From a virus (lineage: Duplodnaviria; Caudoviricetes), in IMG/VR virus record IMGVR_UViG_3300029288_007060, positions 32,001 through 96,000 of that record: a stretch of 64,000 nucleotides of DNA; one strand, written 5' to 3'. The notes below the pieces were generated by a model, which worked only from the letters and a program-made list of their open reading frames with translations, was not told the DNA's origin and did not search any database. Shown here piece by piece: positions 61,172 through 64,000 of the stretch (positions within the stretch are counted from its first letter, which is position 1; the number at the start of each line of letters is the position of its first letter). The translations under genes were made by a program, and so were the position numbers.

Positions 61172-63164
61172 TTCTTGATATAGTTTTTTCTGTGGCAGTT
61201 ATATTTCTTAGCCCTTCTGAATCAGCCGTGCCATACATGTTAATATTTCTTCCATCTAACAATAAATCTGCACCAGCGATAATCGAAAAGTCTCCGCTCG
61301 AAGACATTACGACGTTCCCTTTTATATCTATCTGCATACCATTTTCATCAATTATAATTCTGTGACTATCTCCAGTAGGGCGGTTTAAATGTATTTCTAT
61401 TCTGCCCGGCCTGTCTTCCTTATCTTCTGAAGAGGTAAATCTTTCGTCTGTCCCTATGCCAGCCCCGCCTATTTGTATAATAACGTCTCCGTCTGTTTGA
61501 TGTATTATACTGCGACCATTTTTATCTCTGCCATAATGGGAAACAAGACCACCGGCCAAGTCAAGCACTAAAGATTTTCTATCGGATGTATCTGCACCAA
61601 TAGAAATTTCTGCGCTTCCATCTAAATTTAAATTTAAACTCCTGCCACCAGCATTGGCATCAGAATTGGTGTGGTAATTTTTAATTCCATTATCATCTGT
61701 CTGTAAATCTAATATTTTATTGTTTATGTGGGTGTTGATGGGACCGATACGATTCCCGTTAAACACCGACGGAGCTATTTCCAAGATGTTGTGGTGAGCG
61801 GTCCCGACAGAAACCGGATTTTTAATACTTGCTGGAATATAATTAGAATCATCTACAACCACGCCAGTCGCTGGGCCAAACGGAAGAATCCGCACATCTT
61901 TTTGTTCTGGATCTTTAAATTGTCCTTGATTTGCTAAATTTTTATCTGGATTTCTGGACACAACGTATCTTCCCAAAACCGGTATATTTCCCGTTTCAGA
62001 AGAGGCAGGGATATTGATTTTTGTTAATCCCTCGCCATCCACATCTACGCTCCATCTGCTGTGTTCTTTTGCATTATTAGAGACTTTTTCGGTAGAAAAA
62101 TCCACATCCGACGACTCTTTTCTTGAATTAATCTCATAATGGTATTTAATAGACCTTCTTAAATAACTATACATTCTTCTCAGACTCTGAGAGCTATTAT
62201 TTCCTGTATTAAAATCATTATCGGGTATCTGAATTTTATTTCTATTTATATCTAGTATATTGCCATAAATATCTACAACAGTTCCCTCTACCTTTTCAAT
62301 CAGATGATTAAAATTCCTAGGGTTTAAATCAAGGATATCAGTTCTTCTATTTTCCCTAAACGAAGGATCGGTAGATATATTAGGTTGGTCTGTATTATTT
62401 TCTCTAACCAAGGTGGAAGCCTCGGATTCATTTTTCAAATCTCTGACGCCAAAACTATCTGCAAACTCGTACGTCAAATTTCTTTTTTCTACCAATGCAG
62501 GGTTTCTGATAGTTAACTTTGATATCTGATTGCTTCTGAGACTTACTTCCTGTTCACTTAATCTTCCTATATCTGCTAACAACGAATCATAAGCCTCACC
62601 ACTTAAGAAATTAACAGTAGATGTATCGTTAGGATCTTCGTATTCGCTTTTGTCTCTCCTTATAACCCCTTCTATATTTCTGCCTGCTTCTGTGAATCTA
62701 TAAATGTTGTTGGTGCGAAGAAAAAGGGCCTTAGAAAACTTGGAAAGTTCCAAATCTGTTTCTAATTCTCCCGCACCAGACTCGAAAGCTATATTTCCAT
62801 TTTTAGAAAAATAGATAGCTGAATTTAAAGGTCCTTTTAAATATATTTCTCCGCTCGAAACATCTGGATATGAAGATGTATCAACCGAGCTATCAAGAAC
62901 GCCGCTTTGTGAAAAATAATAACTTCTCTCAGGAACAACTGACACTATATAAGCTTGTTCCTGTGGAGCCATAGCTATTAATACACGAGTATTTTTCTTA
63001 ATGCCTACAAAAATACCTCCTCCTACACCTGCGTGAGGGTGGGGTATAGGACAACGAATATTATGCTCGCCTTCTCTATCGATGAACATACATTCAACTT
63101 GTGTTTTAAACACGTTGACCACTATAGCTAATCTTACGGCATATCCGCCGGGAACTCTACTCAT
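61152..63164 (-). CDS. gp5/VgrG-like baseplate spike
   Basis: N-terminal OB-fold-like P.PHAG.GGGIFV...RVLIA; C-terminal beta-helix-like IIIDENGMQIDIKGNVVMSSSGDFSIIAGADLLLDG. Confidence 0.65.
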   Translation of the reverse strand: MSRVPGGYAVRLAIVVNVFKTQVECMFIDREGEHNIRCPIPHPHAGVGGGIFVGIKKNTRVLIAMAPQEQAYIVSVVPERSYYFSQSGVLDSSVDTSSYPDVSSGEIYLKGPLNSAIYFSKNGNIAFESGAGELETDLELSKFSKALFLRTNNIYRFTEAGRNIEGVIRRDKSEYEDPNDTSTVNFLSGEAYDSLLADIGRLSEQEVSLRSNQISKLTIRNPALVEKRNLTYEFADSFGVRDLKNESEASTLVRENNTDQPNISTDPSFRENRRTDILDLNPRNFNHLIEKVEGTVVDIYGNILDINRNKIQIPDNDFNTGNNSSQSLRRMYSYLRRSIKYHYEINSRKESSDVDFSTEKVSNNAKEHSRWSVDVDGEGLTKINIPASSETGNIPVLGRYVVSRNPDKNLANQGQFKDPEQKDVRILPFGPATGVVVDDSNYIPASIKNPVSVGTAHHNILEIAPSVFNGNRIGPINTHINNKILDLQTDDNGIKNYHTNSDANAGGRSLNLNLDGSAEISIGADTSDRKSLVLDLAGGLVSHYGRDKNGRSIIHQTDGDVIIQIGGAGIGTDERFTSSEDKEDRPGRIEIHLNRPTGDSHRIIIDENGMQIDIKGNVVMSSSGDFSIIAGADLLLDGRNINMYGTADSEGLRNITATEKTISRNGRNTP

Positions 63165-64000
63165 TTTCTTGGTCCTTAAATATCAACACTATTTCAATTA
63201 TATTTTCAATTTTGCTGGTATCTTGTCCTATAAGATTAAACACCTCTTCTTTTGGAGCTCTAAGAGAGTTGTTTGTTTCTTTTAAACTATCTGCCGTTAT
63301 CAATATTGGCTCACTTAAACTACCTATTTGATTTGCTTGCAATGACATGTAAATATATTTTTCAGAAATCTTGGCAAATTTATCATTGTCTTGATCATAT
63401 TTTCCAGTAGGGGCGGACAAAAATTTCTTAACCGCTGCTATTCTCTTTTCAACTTTTGGCTTGTTGTCTTCATCAACTAAAAATCCTCTAACCTCTACTT
63501 TGGGATAAGAATCAGAAGAATTGTCTGTTATGTGTGCCGAGGAAATAGATAATGCGTTTTTAAATTCATTTATATTATAATTAGCCATATCTCCAGAAAG
63601 CATAGAAATTCTTTCGTCATCGGATTCTTTGGAAGGAAATATGATAGACGCGAGATGTCGGCCCAAACTAAAGCCTGCTGTTTGTCTGGAAGTGGTTATT
63701 TTATTAAATACTCTTTGCGTTTTTATTAGACCCTTTCCTATCACATCGAGTGGCGTAGGAATATACTCCCCTAGTGGATGTCCATATTCTAATGTTAGCG
63801 TGGTGGTAAAAGAACCCCCATATGAAAAATTATGAGAAACAGAGCTTACATAAAATAATGTGTCTCTAGAATTAATATATACAACATCCCCTAGTTGATA
63901 GTATTCATTACCATATAACGTCAAACTTCCCCTGACTGCTTTTTTTCTATTTTGATTAAGAAGCATTAATGCATATGGAGCACATTGAGTCTCGGCATCT
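63157..64000 (-). CDS. baseplate hub (gp27/GpD-like), C-terminal part, truncated by the window edge
   Basis: GSLTLYGNEYYQLGDVVYI...FYVSSVSHNFSYGGSFTTTLTL; frame is open to 64000. Confidence 0.7.
   Translation of the reverse strand, partial: DAETQCAPYALMLLNQNRKKAVRGSLTLYGNEYYQLGDVVYINSRDTLFYVSSVSHNFSYGGSFTTTLTLEYGHPLGEYIPTPLDVIGKGLIKTQRVFNKITTSRQTAGFSLGRHLASIIFPSKESDDERISMLSGDMANYNINEFKNALSISSAHITDNSSDSYPKVEVRGFLVDEDNKPKVEKRIAAVKKFLSAPTGKYDQDNDKFAKISEKYIYMSLQANQIGSLSEPILITADSLKETNNSLRAPKEEVFNLIGQDTSKIENIIEIVLIFKDQENE

Noticed and set aside
191-63835. Numerous plus-strand ORFs in the track
   Set aside because: They are antisense shadows of minus-strand genes with no recognisable motifs
1-64000. 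Genome-wide TAG recoding (genetic code 15)
   Set aside because: Very long ORFs are intact under code 11, and TAG ends several complete genes (e.g. 25440, 26170, 42878). Only one internal TAG was found.
44905-64000. Bacterial T6SS/eCIS/tailocin locus
   Set aside because: Protein sizes, single-strand dense coding and the linked UvsW, DnaC-like, tdk and tubulin genes fit a large phage better; capsid genes are not in the window, so this is not proven
1-64000. tRNA, rRNA or CRISPR arrays
   Set aside because: Intergenic gaps are short and none shows a cloverleaf or regularly spaced repeats by eye

Overview
An AT-rich, densely coding 64 kb segment. Every credible gene is on the minus strand, with tight TAATG/ATGA overlaps and AGGAG ribosome-binding sites. 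It reads as part of a large contractile-tailed (jumbo/huge) phage genome, and transcription runs right to left through three blocks. (1) 44.9-64 kb, baseplate/tail module: partial hub, gp5/VgrG-like spike, gp25-like and baseplate-J-like proteins, a 2175-aa LamG-containing wedge protein and a dockerin-bearing protein. (2) 5.3-44.8 kb, a ~40 kb glycosylation island with about 15 glycosyltransferase-like genes, Rml, Gmd and Ugd enzymes, and a near-complete pseudaminic-acid-type nonulosonate pathway with amidotransferase and methylase tailoring enzymes. (3) 0-5.3 kb, a tubulin/FtsZ-family GTPase, a UvsW-like helicase, an Sm-like protein and a DnaC-like loader. Sequence-level oddities: an intein in gmd, an HNH-like domain fused to RmlA, an IS607-type HTH fused to PseB, an in-frame TAG in an otherwise intact epimerase, an apparently swapped-in ~8.4 kb cassette bounded by gene remnants, and a repeated promoter-RBS motif. 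All functional calls come from motif recognition by eye; no database searches were run.
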